Source of the DNA: Heptranchias perlo
Lineage: Eukaryota
Direction: 5' to 3'
Assembly (NCBI RefSeq): GCF_035084215.1
Contig: NC_090367.1
Span: 6,758,001 to 6,822,000 of the forward strand
DNA: 64,000 nucleotides
Shown here: in pieces, positions 26,137-38,551 of the stretch
How the letters are laid out: every line of letters begins with the position of its first letter
Numbering within the stretch: the first letter of the stretch is position 1
The notes under the pieces: generated by a model
Seen by the model: the letters and a program-made list of their open reading frames with translations, nothing else
The model's database searches: none
What the model was told of the DNA's origin: nothing
Program-made: the position numbers and the translations under genes

Positions 26137-26940
26137 CTCGATTTTAACCCTCCCCCCTTCCGACGGGCAGGAGAAGGTTGGGGGGGGGGTAGGGGTGGGG
26201 GGTCTAAAATATCAAGATCAAGCAACCTGACCGCAACCCGACCCCATTCCTGCCCGTTTAAAATTTAACAAAGGCAAATCAGGCCATCGACGAGGCTCCT
26301 GCAAAAGGCGTGCAGGGGCCTAATTAACATTCAAAAGTTGGTGCAGCAACTTAAATTTAACAGTGAGGGAAGAGGAGGCCCCGTGCTATGGGATTCCCGG
26401 CAACAGATCCGATGCGGGAAGGTGCCGACTGGCCAAGCTAACTGCTAAAGATCTGCTCCATTTAGTATTCCATGTGGGCCAGGAGGAGCAGGAGGGCTCC
26501 CCCAAGGCCTCACGCCTCCCCCAGCCTGGATCACAGCCTCAGTGTTCTCTACCCTCAGCCCCGATCGGGGCCCGTTGTCCTCCCTCTCCCCTCCCGATCG
26601 CGGCCCCGATGTTCTCTCCCCACCCTACACCTGCGGCCCCGATGTTCTCTCCCCACCCCACACCCTCAGTCCCGATCGCGGCCCGTTATCCTCCCTCTCC
26701 CCTCCCGATCGCGGCCCCGATGTTCTCTCTCCCCCACCGATGGCGGCCCGGAGCTTCATTCGTGTCCTCACTGCCGAGGACCGTCCCCATGGGTCCCTGG
26801 CTGCGACCTCCTGCCGCTTGTTTACACTCCCGCCAGCCGGCCTGGCTGGCAATTTGGCCGGCTGTCGGGAGGGAGTCTGCAGTAGATTATTTAAATGAGG
26901 CCCTGCCGTTAAGACCAGCCAAACAGCCAATGCGAATCCT
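26137..26940. repeat. GC/CpG-rich interspersed element with internal short tandem units (cccgatcgcggccccgatgttctctc)
   Basis: Local GC peak; units repeated at 26560-26735; hairpin-like start gattttaaccc..gggtctaaaat. Confidence 0.5.
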
Positions 26941-27356
26941 AGGTAAAAAAAGGGCTGAGGCAGGACACCATCAAACTTGAAAAGAAGTAGGAGAGAAGAC
27001 AAGGTAAGTTTAGAAGTCATACTTAGTTGACACCAAGCTTGAACTTTATAAGGACGTAGATCATAGGAAGTAAAGGCAACAGAGGGAGATAAGGTATTCC
27101 ACAGTTTTGATGTCCTGAATAGTTTCAAGAGGAGATGGTGCAGTGCGGGTTGATACCAACACTATTTGGATGCAAGGAGGAGGGAGAGCGTATAGAATGG
27201 TCTACTTGGAGCTTAGAGGGACAAGAGAGGAAAGTTCAGAGAAGCACTGACCATTGTAGCATCAATAAAAATATGCTCCCTCCCTGTAAAGTGGCCCCTT
27301 TAAGGAGTAGGACAGTCCTCATTACATTGTACATCTACTCTCAATTGTTTTTTTAG

Positions 27357-27560
27357 AAGGGACAATCCTGAGCTACGATGGAAGCATGTATATGAAGATT
27401 ATGATGCCAATGGTCATGCACACAGAGGCGGAGGACATGTCCTTGCGGTTTATGTCACAGCGAGCCTATGGCCTACTAATGGCGACAACCTCCAAAGATT
27501 CGGCGGACACCCTGCGGCTCGAGCTGGATGGAGGACGGGTTAAACTCACTGTGAACTTAG
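27357..27560 (+). CDS. NRXN2: Neurexin-2-alpha exon, LNS4 start (precedes SS3)
   Basis: ttttag|AA GGG ACA ... AAC TTA G|gtaacc; 204 nt, phase 1-1; [48 protein letters not shown]. Confidence 0.96.
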
Positions 27561-28479
27561 GTAACCTTCTCTCTAACGTCTGGTATCAATTGATTAGAAA
27601 TTCTTACAAATTGAATTCAGTTGCTTACAACTAGGGACATATCAGTGCAAGAATTATCCATTCAGATGCAAAAATGTGTCAGGAGAGCCATTTAATTATA
27701 TAAAAAATAGCACTTGTTATAAGGAGAAATACTCTGATTCTCCAGTGGCTCATTTGCTATGTGCACTGCCCAGTTTGGACTAATTCATACAGAAGGTTGC
27801 ACCCCCAGTCTGTGCTCAGTTATCTGATCCCAGCTGGGATTGCAGTAGGTGGGGTTACCATCGTGCTGAGTGTCCCCTGGGCTAGGCAGAAGAATGGTTG
27901 CTCCTCCTGATGGCTACCCAGTGACCCTGATGGAAGTTGAATGCAATCCAGGAGTAGGCTCAGCTCATGGTTAAATCGTCTGCTGACAGTCACTGTCCAG
28001 GCTCACTCATAAAGAGCGACCAGGTGGAGCAATGTACCAAGGAGCAGACAGCACCCCCCGCATGGGTCATTGCCTTCAGGAGAAGTTGTGGGGGTGTGGG
28101 GGGGGGGGGTGCGTTGGTGAGGGAAGGTGCTTAATATTCAGATGACGAACATTAGATATTATCTGTCCTGTGTGGAGTGATTGGTTGAAACACTTGACAG
28201 ATTGGATCTGACTTGTGCACCCTGCAGATGTCTGAATGGGTAGAACTTGTACTGATGTCTTGTAACATCTTACAAATATATTTCTCTGTCCCATCTTTTG
28301 ACAGCTCCATGCGTACTTGATTTGCCCAAGTTTCCCATCCACCGACTCTACTCTCAATTTATCTGTTTTCTTGTCAAATCATTTCAGCTTTCATTCCCCA
28401 ATAAATGCGACATTGTTTTTTTTAACGTTTTATTTAAATAAATACATCTGTCTCACAGTAACGGCAAGGAGGCACGATT

Positions 28480-28493
28480 GTTTCCATGGTAAC
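28480..28493. promoter_or_regulatory. RFX X-box motif GTTTCCATGGTAAC
   Basis: Match to the 14-bp GTTNCCATGGNAAC consensus; function not shown. Confidence 0.45.
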
Positions 28494-29599
28494 TGCCAGT
28501 GCCAGTCTCCAGAGTTATAAAAAGACATAATTTATCATCACCAAAGCACACATTGTGTGAGCTCCCTAGAGTCCAGCTTCGACTCAAAGTTCCAGCATTA
28601 ATTCGCAGTTAAAATAACAAAACATTCAAATATAATTATTGATTAAGAATTCAAATGTTTTTTTTCTTCACGAACCGCACTGACCTGACAGAAAAATACA
28701 GCCAGTCCTCTTCTTTACATTGCCACTGACCTCGATCATGGAAACAAGACATTCCATCCTTGACCGAATACAACAATTGCCTAGGGATGGGAGCAAAAAA
28801 AGTGGCCGATTCTTCCTGATAAACCCATTGCTGAAAGGCAGCGGAGGTTGGGGATTGGATAGGCACAGAACTGAAAATAAGGAGAATGAGTTCGAAAAAT
28901 AAAGGGATCGACACAGAAGTGGGGTCAAAGGGAATAACATTGGAATTGCAACAGGGGATAAAGCTGGGAATGGAGCAGGCATTATGAATTTAGAGGGCAG
29001 AAATGGTTTTTCTGATGTAGAACATACCACATGTGTAATAGTGCCAAGTGATAGTGCTCTATTTGTAAATAGTATTACATTGGCACTCTGCACAGTGACA
29101 TTGGGTTGTTTTAGATGCCACATCCGGTTGCTGAGAGCAACTAAGTTGCTGAAAAGCTTTATCCATGATAGGAATATAGCTGATGGATCAGATGTAAAGC
29201 AACAGAAGACTTGCTCCCTGGAACTAAAGAGTTTGTTCATCCATAATAAAGTCCATTTTCTTGGGGTGGTATGGGTCGGGGGCACTGATACGCAATATTA
29301 GGGGACTCCCGTTCTCCATGATGGGATATTTAACAGGGTAATACATGGGGCAACATGACTGTGGGGTATCTTGACAAGCCCTTTCTTCTGGAGCATCTGA
29401 GCAATGCCACAGGAAACATGCTGGACCTCCATTCAGTTGTGTGGAACCTGTGGCCCTTAGGTACCTGATACAAAATCAGTCGATTGAAAATTTCAATCTA
29501 TGCATTCTTCTCTGAAAAGATATGACACTTATTGAAAGGTTTCATAGCGGGCCTTCCCCAGTGAATTCACGCAGTGAGTTGGTGAGCCATGGAGACCAA

Positions 29600-30164
29600 C
29601 TGTATAAAACACTAGTTAGGCCACAGCTAGAGTACCACGCACAGTTCTGGCCACCACATTACAGGAAAGGTGTGATTGCACTAGAGAGGGTACAGAGGAG
29701 ATTTATGAGGATGTTGCCAGGACTATGAGGCTATGAGGAAAGATTGGATAGGCTGGGGTTGTTTTCTTTGGAACAGAGGAGGCTGAGGGGAGATTTAATT
29801 AAGGTCTATAAAATTATGAGGGGCCTAGATATAGTGGATAGGAAGGACCTATTTCCTTTAGCAGAGAGGTCATTAACCAGGGGGCATAGATTTAAAGTAA
29901 TTCGTAGAAAGATTAGAGGGGAATTTTTTTCACCCACAGAGTCGTGGGGTCTGGAACTCACTGCTTGAAAGGGTGGTAGAGGCAGAAACCCTCATCACAT
30001 TTTAAAAAGTACTTGGATGTGCACTTGAAGTGCCGTAACCTACAGGGCTACGGACCAACCAAGAGCTGGAAAGTGGAATTAAGCTGGATAGCACTTCTTC
30101 GGCCGGCACAGACGCGATGGGCCGAATGGCCTCCTTCTGTGCCGTAAATTTCTATGATTCTATG
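29600..30164 (+). mobile_element. CR1 LINE 3' fragment inserted into a SINE-like copy
   Basis: LYKTLVRPQLEY..LERVQRRF..LFSLEQRRLRGDLI; tail gggccgaatggcctccttctg..tctatgattctatg. Confidence 0.88.
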
Positions 30165-31061
30165 AAACTCAATCCTTGATCTATTCAGAGTTAGCTGATC
30201 TCAGGTCACCTCAGCAGAAGGGCGCTAGAACTGGTCAAAGCCCACCTGGGTAGGGAGGGGAAAAAAAATCCGCTTGGAATACTGCTCCTGATTACCACCC
30301 AGTAGCATGTGCTGGGAAGTGGATAGCAGATGGGGACAGGATCAACCTTAGCTGCGAAGCCCATGGTCCAGTAGCCTGCCACTATTCGCCATCTAGGGGA
30401 CTGACAAAGAACGAGTGAAGGACTGGTGAGGCAGCTAGCCCCTGTTGAACAATACCCCCAACATGAGTTGGCGCTTTCAGGAGTTGAGGCAAGAAAGAAC
30501 ATTTAGAAAGGGTCCCTTTGTTGCTCGAGTTCTATCTCTCCACCTCTGAGTTAGTGCGAACGAGAACAGGATTTTCTTCTGATAATTATTTTGCTCTCAT
30601 CTCTCCGGCAATTATAAATATGTTGATGTGACATTTTCATTTATTTTTACTTAGCTGCAATATAAAAGGAAAGGGAATAAACCTTCACTTATCAACATTT
30701 TGTGAGTTAATGTCAACACGTGACAACTTTTTCCTTATCTATTCAATACTTTGAAGAAAATTCTTTTACCAGATCAACAAAACAGTATAATCTCAAACAC
30801 GCTGATGTCAATGGTACAACTTTATATCTTAATAATGCAGATTAGGTCTATTGTGAATGTTGCAGAGCTTGATGGACTCCAGTGGCTTGTTATCTGGAGC
30901 TTAAAAGGCTGTTAGGTAAACAGAGCACTGGGACCGTGCTGTCACCACCTCAATAAACTGAGTATTATCATGGTTAAGGAATTGAGGAAAACATCAACAT
31001 TGACCATTCCCGTACATATTGGGGTTCTTTAAACAAGTCAGTTCCAGAGCAACATAAATTT

Positions 31062-31736
31062 CCCCTGGGTAACACACTGTTCACTACATAGAGATCTCTC
31101 CCTGTGTAACACACTGTTCACTACATAGAGATCTCTCCCTTTGTAACACACTGTCCAGTACATAGAGATCTCTCCCTGTGTAACACACTGTCCAGTACAT
31201 AGAGATCTCTCCCCGTGTAACACACTGTCCAGTACATAGAGATCTCTCCCTGTGTAACACACTGTTCAGTACATAGAGATCTCTCCCTGTGTAACACACT
31301 GTGCAGTACATGGATATCTCTCCCTGTGTAACACACTGTCCAGTACATAGAGATCTCTCCCTGTGTAACACACTGTTCACTACATAGAGATCTCTCCCTG
31401 TGTAACACACTGTTCAGTACATCGAGATCTCTCTCTCTGTGTAACACACTGTCCAGTACATAGAGATCTCCCCGTGTAACACACTGTCCAGTACATAGAG
31501 ATCTCCCCGTGTAACACACTGTCCAGTACATAGAGATCTCCCCGTGTAACACACTGTCCGCTACATACAGATCTCTCTGTGTAACACACTGTCCAGTACA
31601 TACAGATCTCTCTGTGTAACACACTGTCCAGTACATACAGACCTCTCTGTGTAACACACTGTCCAGTACATACAGATCTCTCTGTGTAACACACAGTTCC
31701 GTACAGAGAGATCTCCCTGTGTAACACACTGTCCAG
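31062..31736. repeat. 35-37-bp minisatellite GTAACACACTGTCCAGTACATAGAGATCTC(TC)CCTGT
   Basis: About 18 head-to-tail units with no spacers. Confidence 0.95.
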
Positions 31737-32588
31737 ATTTTATGAAGAACGTTTTTGTTGCTTAAGAGTTACTATTGTATCATAACATGCCCTCATACTG
31801 AAGGACATGACACATGGAAACAGCAGAGGTGTGGGACTAATGGGACAGCTCCTTTAAAGAGCCGGCACAGGCACGATGGGCCGAATGGCCTCCTTCTGTG
31901 CTGTATGATTCTAGTTATCTGAGGTCCCACTCAATGAATATAAATAAGAGTAACCAACAGATTGACAAAGGCATTGTTATTCAATTTGTAGTTCAGGTTT
32001 GAATTGGAAGTGGGATTTTTGTCCACCTTAATGAAGGTTTCTTTTCCTAACCTGATCCAGGAGCTTTTAATTGGCAGCTGAAATGTATCTTCTTTGTCGT
32101 TGGCTGTCACGGTCTATTTTACATATTGCAGCTCTTGTCACCTCTTTATACCCTGTAGTTGTTCTTTTTCTTTCTCTGTCATATTTCAAAAGATGGTACA
32201 AAAACCCTTCAATGGCCTGTGTCTGCGGCCCGGAGCAAACAGCCACGAGAACGGAGACCTCTGACCCCCAACCCACATCGTAGCAAAGTGAAACTGCCCA
32301 CTGGTCACTCGCAAGTCCAATTTGTCTGTCTTGGCTCGAACTGTGGCATGAAACAGATTTGACTCTCTATTAAATCGACTACAATGTGGACTGGCTGAGT
32401 TATCGTGTCACTTCCTGTGTTGTTGCCTGTAGTTTGAAGTTGATATTTTTGTTTCAAGGGATTGAGACCAACGGGTCCATAGTTGGTTGTAATTAGATGG
32501 GGTGTGGGGAACCCATGCAGGAACGGGTGATAGGATTCCCCACAGCAAGTTCCCAATCTCTCAGCCTTGTCATGAGTATGAGATTATT

Positions 32589-32972
32589 TGTGTGTGTGTG
32601 TGTGTGTGTTTGTGTGGTTGCGTTAGCGTGTGAGCGTGTAAGTGAGTGTGTAGGTGGTTGTGTATGTGAGTGTGTGTGGTTGTGAGTGTGTGTGAGTGAG
32701 TGTGAGTGTGTGTGTGGTTGTGTGAGTGAGTTTGTGTGTACATGGTCGTGTGAGTGAGTGTGTGTGAGAGTGAGTGAGTGTGGGTGTGTGAGTCAGTGAA
32801 TGTGTATGTGGTTGTGTGATTGAATGTGAGTGTGTTTGTGGTTATGTGTGAGTGAGTGTGTGTGAGTGAGTGTGGTTGTGTGAGTGAGTTTGTGGTTGTG
32901 TGAGTGTGTTTGTGGTTGTGTGTGAGTTAGTGTGAGTGAGCGTGTAAGTGAGTGTGTGAGTGAGTGAGTGTG
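32589..32972. repeat. Degenerate (GT)n/(GTGA)n microsatellite
   Basis: Continuous gtgt, gtgagt and gtggtt runs. Confidence 0.9.
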
Positions 32973-33239
32973 CACTCAGGAGCAATAATATGTAATGCAG
33001 GGAGCCTAAATGAAGGTGAGAAAATAAATAAATGGAGCAAAAGAAATTATGTTAATTTCCTGTTGATATGGCAACGGTATAATCGAGAAGAAGTTTGTTC
33101 GTGATTAGCTTGTTGTCGGAATAGTGTAAAATTAGTACTTTTGTTAAGAACAGTGTTTCAAAGTAGAAACGGATTCAAGAATTCCTTCGCTATCGATCTC
33201 TGTTTACTTTCCCCATGTTACTGAGATTGCCGTGTGGGT

Positions 33240-34700
33240 GTGTATTTCCCTATGATTGTGTGTGTTTCCCTATGATTGTGCATTGCCCTATGATTGTGTG
33301 CATTGCCCTATGATTGTGTGCATTGCCCTATGATTGTGTGTGTTGCCCTATGATTGTGCATTGCCCTATGATTGTGTGCATTGCCCTATGATTGTGTGTG
33401 TTTCCCTATGATTGTGTGCATTTCCCTATGATTGTGTACATTGCCCTATGATTGTGTGCGTTTCCCTATGATTGTGTGCGTTTCCCTATGATTGTGTGTA
33501 TTGCCCTGTGATTGTGTATATTTAACTATGATTGTGTGTATTGCCCTATGATTGTGTATTGCCCTATGATTGTGTATATTTCCCTATGATTGTGTATTGC
33601 CCTGTGATTGTGTATATTTCCCTATGATTGTGTATTGCCCTATGATTGTGTATATTTCCCTATGATTGTGTATTGCCCTGTGATTGTGTATATTTCCCTA
33701 TGATTGTGTATTGCCCTGTGATTGTGTATATTTCCCTATGATTGTGTATTTCCCTGTGATTGTGTATTTCCCTATGATTGTGTGTATTTCCCTGTGATTG
33801 TGTATATTTCCCTATGATTGTGTATTGCCCTGTGATTGTGTATATTTCCCTATGATTGTGTATTGCCCTGTGATTGTGTATATTTCCCTATGATTGTGTA
33901 TTTCCCTATGATTGTGTATTTCCCTGTGATTGTGTGTGTTTCCCTATGATTGTGTGTGTTTCCCTATGATTGTGTGTATTGCCCTGTGATTGTGTGTGTT
34001 TCCCCATTATTGTGTGTGTTTCCCTATGATTGTGTGTTTTTCCCTATGATTGTGTGTGTTTCCCTATGATTGTGTGTATTGCCCTGTGATTGTGTGTGTT
34101 TCCCCATTATTGTGTGTGTTTCCCTATGATTGTGTGTATTGCCCTGTGATTGTGTGTGTTTCCCCATTATTGTGTGTGTTTCCCCATTATTGTGTGTGTT
34201 TCCCCATTATTGTGTGTTTTTCCCTATGATTGTGTGTGTTTCCCAATGATTGTGTATGTTTCTCAATGATTGTGTATATCCCTATGATTGTGTGTGTTTC
34301 CCTATGATTGTGTGTGTTTCCCAATGATTGTGTATGTTTCTCAATGATTGTGTATATCCCTATGATTGTGTGTGTTTCCCTATGATTGTGTGTGTTTCCC
34401 TATGATTGTGTGTGTTTCCCTATGATTGTGTGTATTGCCCTGTGATTGTGTGTGTTTCCCCTGTTATTGTGTGTTTTTCCCAATGATTGTGTGTGTTTCC
34501 CAATGATTGTGTGTGTTTCCCAATGATTGTGTGTGTTTCTCAATGATTGTGTATATCCCTATGATTGTGTGTCGACCTATGATTGTGTGTATTGCCCCAT
34601 GTTATTATGATTGCCCTGTGATTGTGTGTATTACCCCATGTTATTATGATTGCCCTGTGATTGTGTGTGTTCCCTGTGGTTGTTTGTTTTACCCTATGAT
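33240..34700. repeat. 18-20-bp minisatellite TT[TG]CCCT[AG]TGATTGTG(TG)TR
   Basis: About 70 tandem units. Confidence 0.95.
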
Positions 34701-37171
34701 ATTATGAATTACGCTATTAAGTTTTAAGAAAATAATTTGTATAACATCAGCATTAAGCCTCGAAACATTACCAGATGACTTATCGCTGACCATTAGTTCC
34801 CCATTTGGTGCCCGATTTACGTCATAGCCCCACAGCAGTCAGAAATACAGGAAGTGACATCAACCTCTCTTTAATTGATATCCTTTTCGTTTTGGCACAG
34901 TTGCTTTTCCCCACTGACAGTTATAAACCCAGCTTCCAAATATGATCGGCACAGTTCAGAAAATAATGTGCCTGCTGGGGTAGGAAAAGTCATCATTTCA
35001 CTGAGCTATGTGACCCAAACTTCTGCCAGAAAAAAAATCTTCAATCTGTTATATCCAGGAACCACTCAGTCTGACGTCTCCCATGTACGTACAGATCATC
35101 CAAACGGACACCTGGGTCTTTGCTTCTGGCCTTTTGATCAGATGCTCTGATCTAAAGTATCTGAACTAGCAGCCATATCGTCAAACGCTGCCTTGCAGGT
35201 TAAGGTTGCAGGACATGGTGTGCAACCTCACATGGACAATCTGCCTAAATCTGGATTTATTTGGATTGGTTAACTGCCCCTTTCATTTGCTTTACCTATG
35301 AAGCATGCAGGAAGGTAAGAGATGCCAAATGGACAATGGAAAGATATACATTCTCTATATTGTTCAAACCAAAGATCTCCTCAGCCAGCAAATTAGGTAG
35401 GCTCCTTCGTGTTCAAATTATGAATTGTTTGGCTAAAATACACTAAAGAGGTGTACGGACTCAGTGTTAACCTGTCAGATCCACATCTTTATCTCACTTT
35501 CAATTGAATCACACAAACACTTATCATTTGATTTACAATGTGACAGCGGGGTTCCTTCACTGCGGGGCAAGGGAAGGACATTTGGTCCGTGGCTGTTTGC
35601 GTCCACTTTTCTGTTGCGGTTGACAACACGTGTTGAACCCCAGACCCATTAGAAATGACCCAAAATGGCTCTCTTTAATGGAAGTCCTCAAGAACGATGG
35701 TGCCATAAAAACCTTCAGTTATTCCAAAGGAGGTTGAGAAGCATTTATTTCTGGCAAAAGCCAACTTCAAACCAACTGTTAACATTTGGAGCCTCTAGCT
35801 AGAGGAATCTCAGGAACCTGCCAGGCTTTCACTCTGAATTTTGAGGACACAAGGTGGGTACAGATGAGAAAGACCATTTGACCCATCTTGGCCCTTACTT
35901 ACTATGAGAAAGGCCATAGAGTTTGCCAACCACAACATCCAAAAGTTCTTAAATGATTGCAGGATATATGCCCCCAACATCTTACTCAGGAGTCCATGTT
36001 GATCACACTTGTGTGAAGAACTTTCTGACGACATTCGTAACTTTGCCCTTCATTTGTTTGAACCAGTGCCTCTTGTCCTGCTTGCTGACACTCAAAATAG
36101 CAGCGGGCATATGAAGCAAGGTTGGAACAACGGGTGAGATGAGTGACTGTTGTAGGCAAGGAACATGAGATTAGGTCAACTGAGGGGAAGATCGCTAAAT
36201 GAACAGGAATCATAATTCACATCATAGAGAAAAAGGAAGTGGTCCAATAGCTCCAATGGTAAGTGCACTAGCTGGTATTGAACTGAGTCTTAAAGACCAG
36301 GAAGATTCCAGTTTCAAACCACGACCCTTGCTGAGTTAAGTTGCTCTCTCATCAGGACATAATAGATATTCTACAACTGACCCTAATTTGGGACGGTGCA
36401 AAATTATCCAGAGCTCCTGCCCCTGATTGCTGTGCAGTGACCTGTTGATGATGCCCCACATTGTAAAATAGCACGCTGACACTCATTATCTCGTCTCATG
36501 CATAAAGAATGAATGGCCACTTGGATCAGGTGCCCGAGGGTGACCAACCCTTGTGGAACTTCACCCCAGCATGGGTCACTGTTTTCAGGAGAGAAGGGCT
36601 GGAAGTCAGGCGAGGAAAGTTCTGCGTTGTTTTGTGTCCGGAATGAAACCTGAGATTTAAATTTAGTGATACGATTAAGGCGAATATGGGAAAGTTCAGA
36701 AGTTGGCAAATTGTTTTGGTGTTGTTTGAAATAGCACAGGCAGAAATGCCATAACGTGCAGCTACCATCGACACTTATGGATTCTTGGGTTCAAATGCAA
36801 CCAGGAAGGGAGAGAATTCTTGTAAAGCTGTAACATGTGGCAGGGGAATGTAGCGGGGAAACTTAAGGCATTCAACCCAAGTATCAAGAATTTTGACATT
36901 AAAATGTCAGTCAGCAAAGGAAGCAAGGTTGAGACAGGAGCATAAGAAAAGTCAAGGACAAGAGAAAGCCAGTTGGTCCATGGAAAACCTACCCACCCTG
37001 TATTCCAACTCTCCCAGCCCAGTGTTCAACTGCCTTTTAAACACCCTAGAAACTTGTATCTCTACAAACGGTAGGGTGAGTAACTGGTGCAGGCGGGGAG
37101 TGTAAGACCTGGGTCGGGAGATGTGGAAAATAATTCGAACTTTCAGCTCTGAAGCCCTTCAGGATAAATAC

Positions 37172-37599
37172 TGGGGTAGATTTTCAACTTGCTGCTCGGG
37201 CATAAGAACTGGTGTGGATCAGATGCCCATTATGGAAACGGCCCAATTTTTATCTCCATTAATAATCTCCACTAATAAATCCAATAAGGAATTCAGGAGA
37301 AACTTAATTACTCAGGGAGTGGTTAGAATGTGGAACTCGCTACCACAAGGAGTAGTTGAGGCGAACAACATAGATGCATTTAAGGGGAAGCTAGATAAAC
37401 ACACGAGGGAGAAAGGAATAGAAGGATATACTGATAGGGTGGAGCATAAAGACCGGCATGGACCAGTTGGACCGAATGGCCTGTTTCTGTGCTGTAAATT
37501 CTATGTCATTCTGTGATTTCATTGGAAACGAAAACCGTGTGGTTTCTGTAACGGCAGTGCCAGCTCTAAACCTGAGCGGCAACTTAAAAATCTATCCCA
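37172..37599. mobile_element. Palindromic MITE-like element split by a CR1 3' fragment (about 37270-37518, + strand)
   Basis: Left arm tggggtagattttcaacttgctgctcggg; right arm cctgagcggcaacttaaaaatctatccca; CR1 motif EFRRN..VVRMWNSLP..FKGKLD between them. Confidence 0.7.
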
Positions 37600-38551
37600 A
37601 TGTTTCAAAGTGTCAAGACCCAGCTACATTCCCAGATTAACTCCTTGAGGTGTACTATACGTTTGAGGTATCTCTACAGTGAATTCACTGTATTAATACA
37701 GTGAGACACTAAAGGTGAATTCCAATGGATGACTCCAGCACTAGCGCTGGGGAGCGAAGGAGCTTTTAACAGAGACTGCTGACATAATCCATTTGAGATA
37801 CCAGACACCCCTGGTTGTAATAAAAACAGAGCGAGAAAATTGAATGTCTAAGTGGGCAAAGTTCAACTCCATTATTTCAAACCTTTGACTAAACAATGCT
37901 TTATGGTTCATTCATTGTTCTTGAGGACACTTTTGTATAGTACCGTGCTGTGCTATCCCGATAAGGCATTGCTGTAATCACTGTGATAGAGCACGGGGTC
38001 AAAACAATTTAGACCATGTTCTTTCTCAGTTGAGCGCAGTCCTTGCCTTAAATATATTGATAAATGATGAGGCCAAAGACAAACGGTGAATTCTAGGATT
38101 GCCTGCTGTGTGGCTGGGGTTACTAGTGGCCATTTTGCAGGATGTTTTGAAGGTTCTCGAAGACTTACATTTGATTGAAATTATTTTCTTTTTTTCTATT
38201 TTGTCAAAGGAGAGAAAATAGCTTTTTAGTCTGCTTCATACTCATAATGCATTTCCATAGATATGAATAAAATAAAACTATTAGTCAGATGGTCCACTTT
38301 AACTCTTTCCTGTCCAAGCTTGTGGCCATCTAAATATTGTGACCAGAAACACCTCCAATCCAGACTTTCGTCAGTCAATAAATTGGACTAATTAGATTAT
38401 TTTGGGTTGGGTTGAAGTGAGTTGAACTGGATTACATTGGATTTAGTTAAACTGAACTGAATTAAATAAAATGGGATCGAATTAGGTTAAACTGGGTTTG
38501 TTTAAATAGGATTGAGTTAAATAGGATTGATTTAAGTTAAACTCGATTGGG

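Noticed and set aside
26363-26980. Pro-rich 205-aa ORF or CpG-island promoter
   Set aside because: Explained by a GC-rich interspersed element with internal tandem units; no splice or homology support
28651-29301. Overlapping 205-aa (-) and 60/105-aa (+) ORFs as an alternative terminal exon or nested gene
   Set aside because: No recognisable domain; nearby AG acceptors (28691, 28701) read in phase 1 reach stops within about 20 codons
31062-31736. CRISPR-like 35-37-bp repeat with an internal palindrome
   Set aside because: Units are head-to-tail with no unique spacers, there are no cas genes, and the context is a vertebrate intron; its minus-strand ORFs are repeat artefacts
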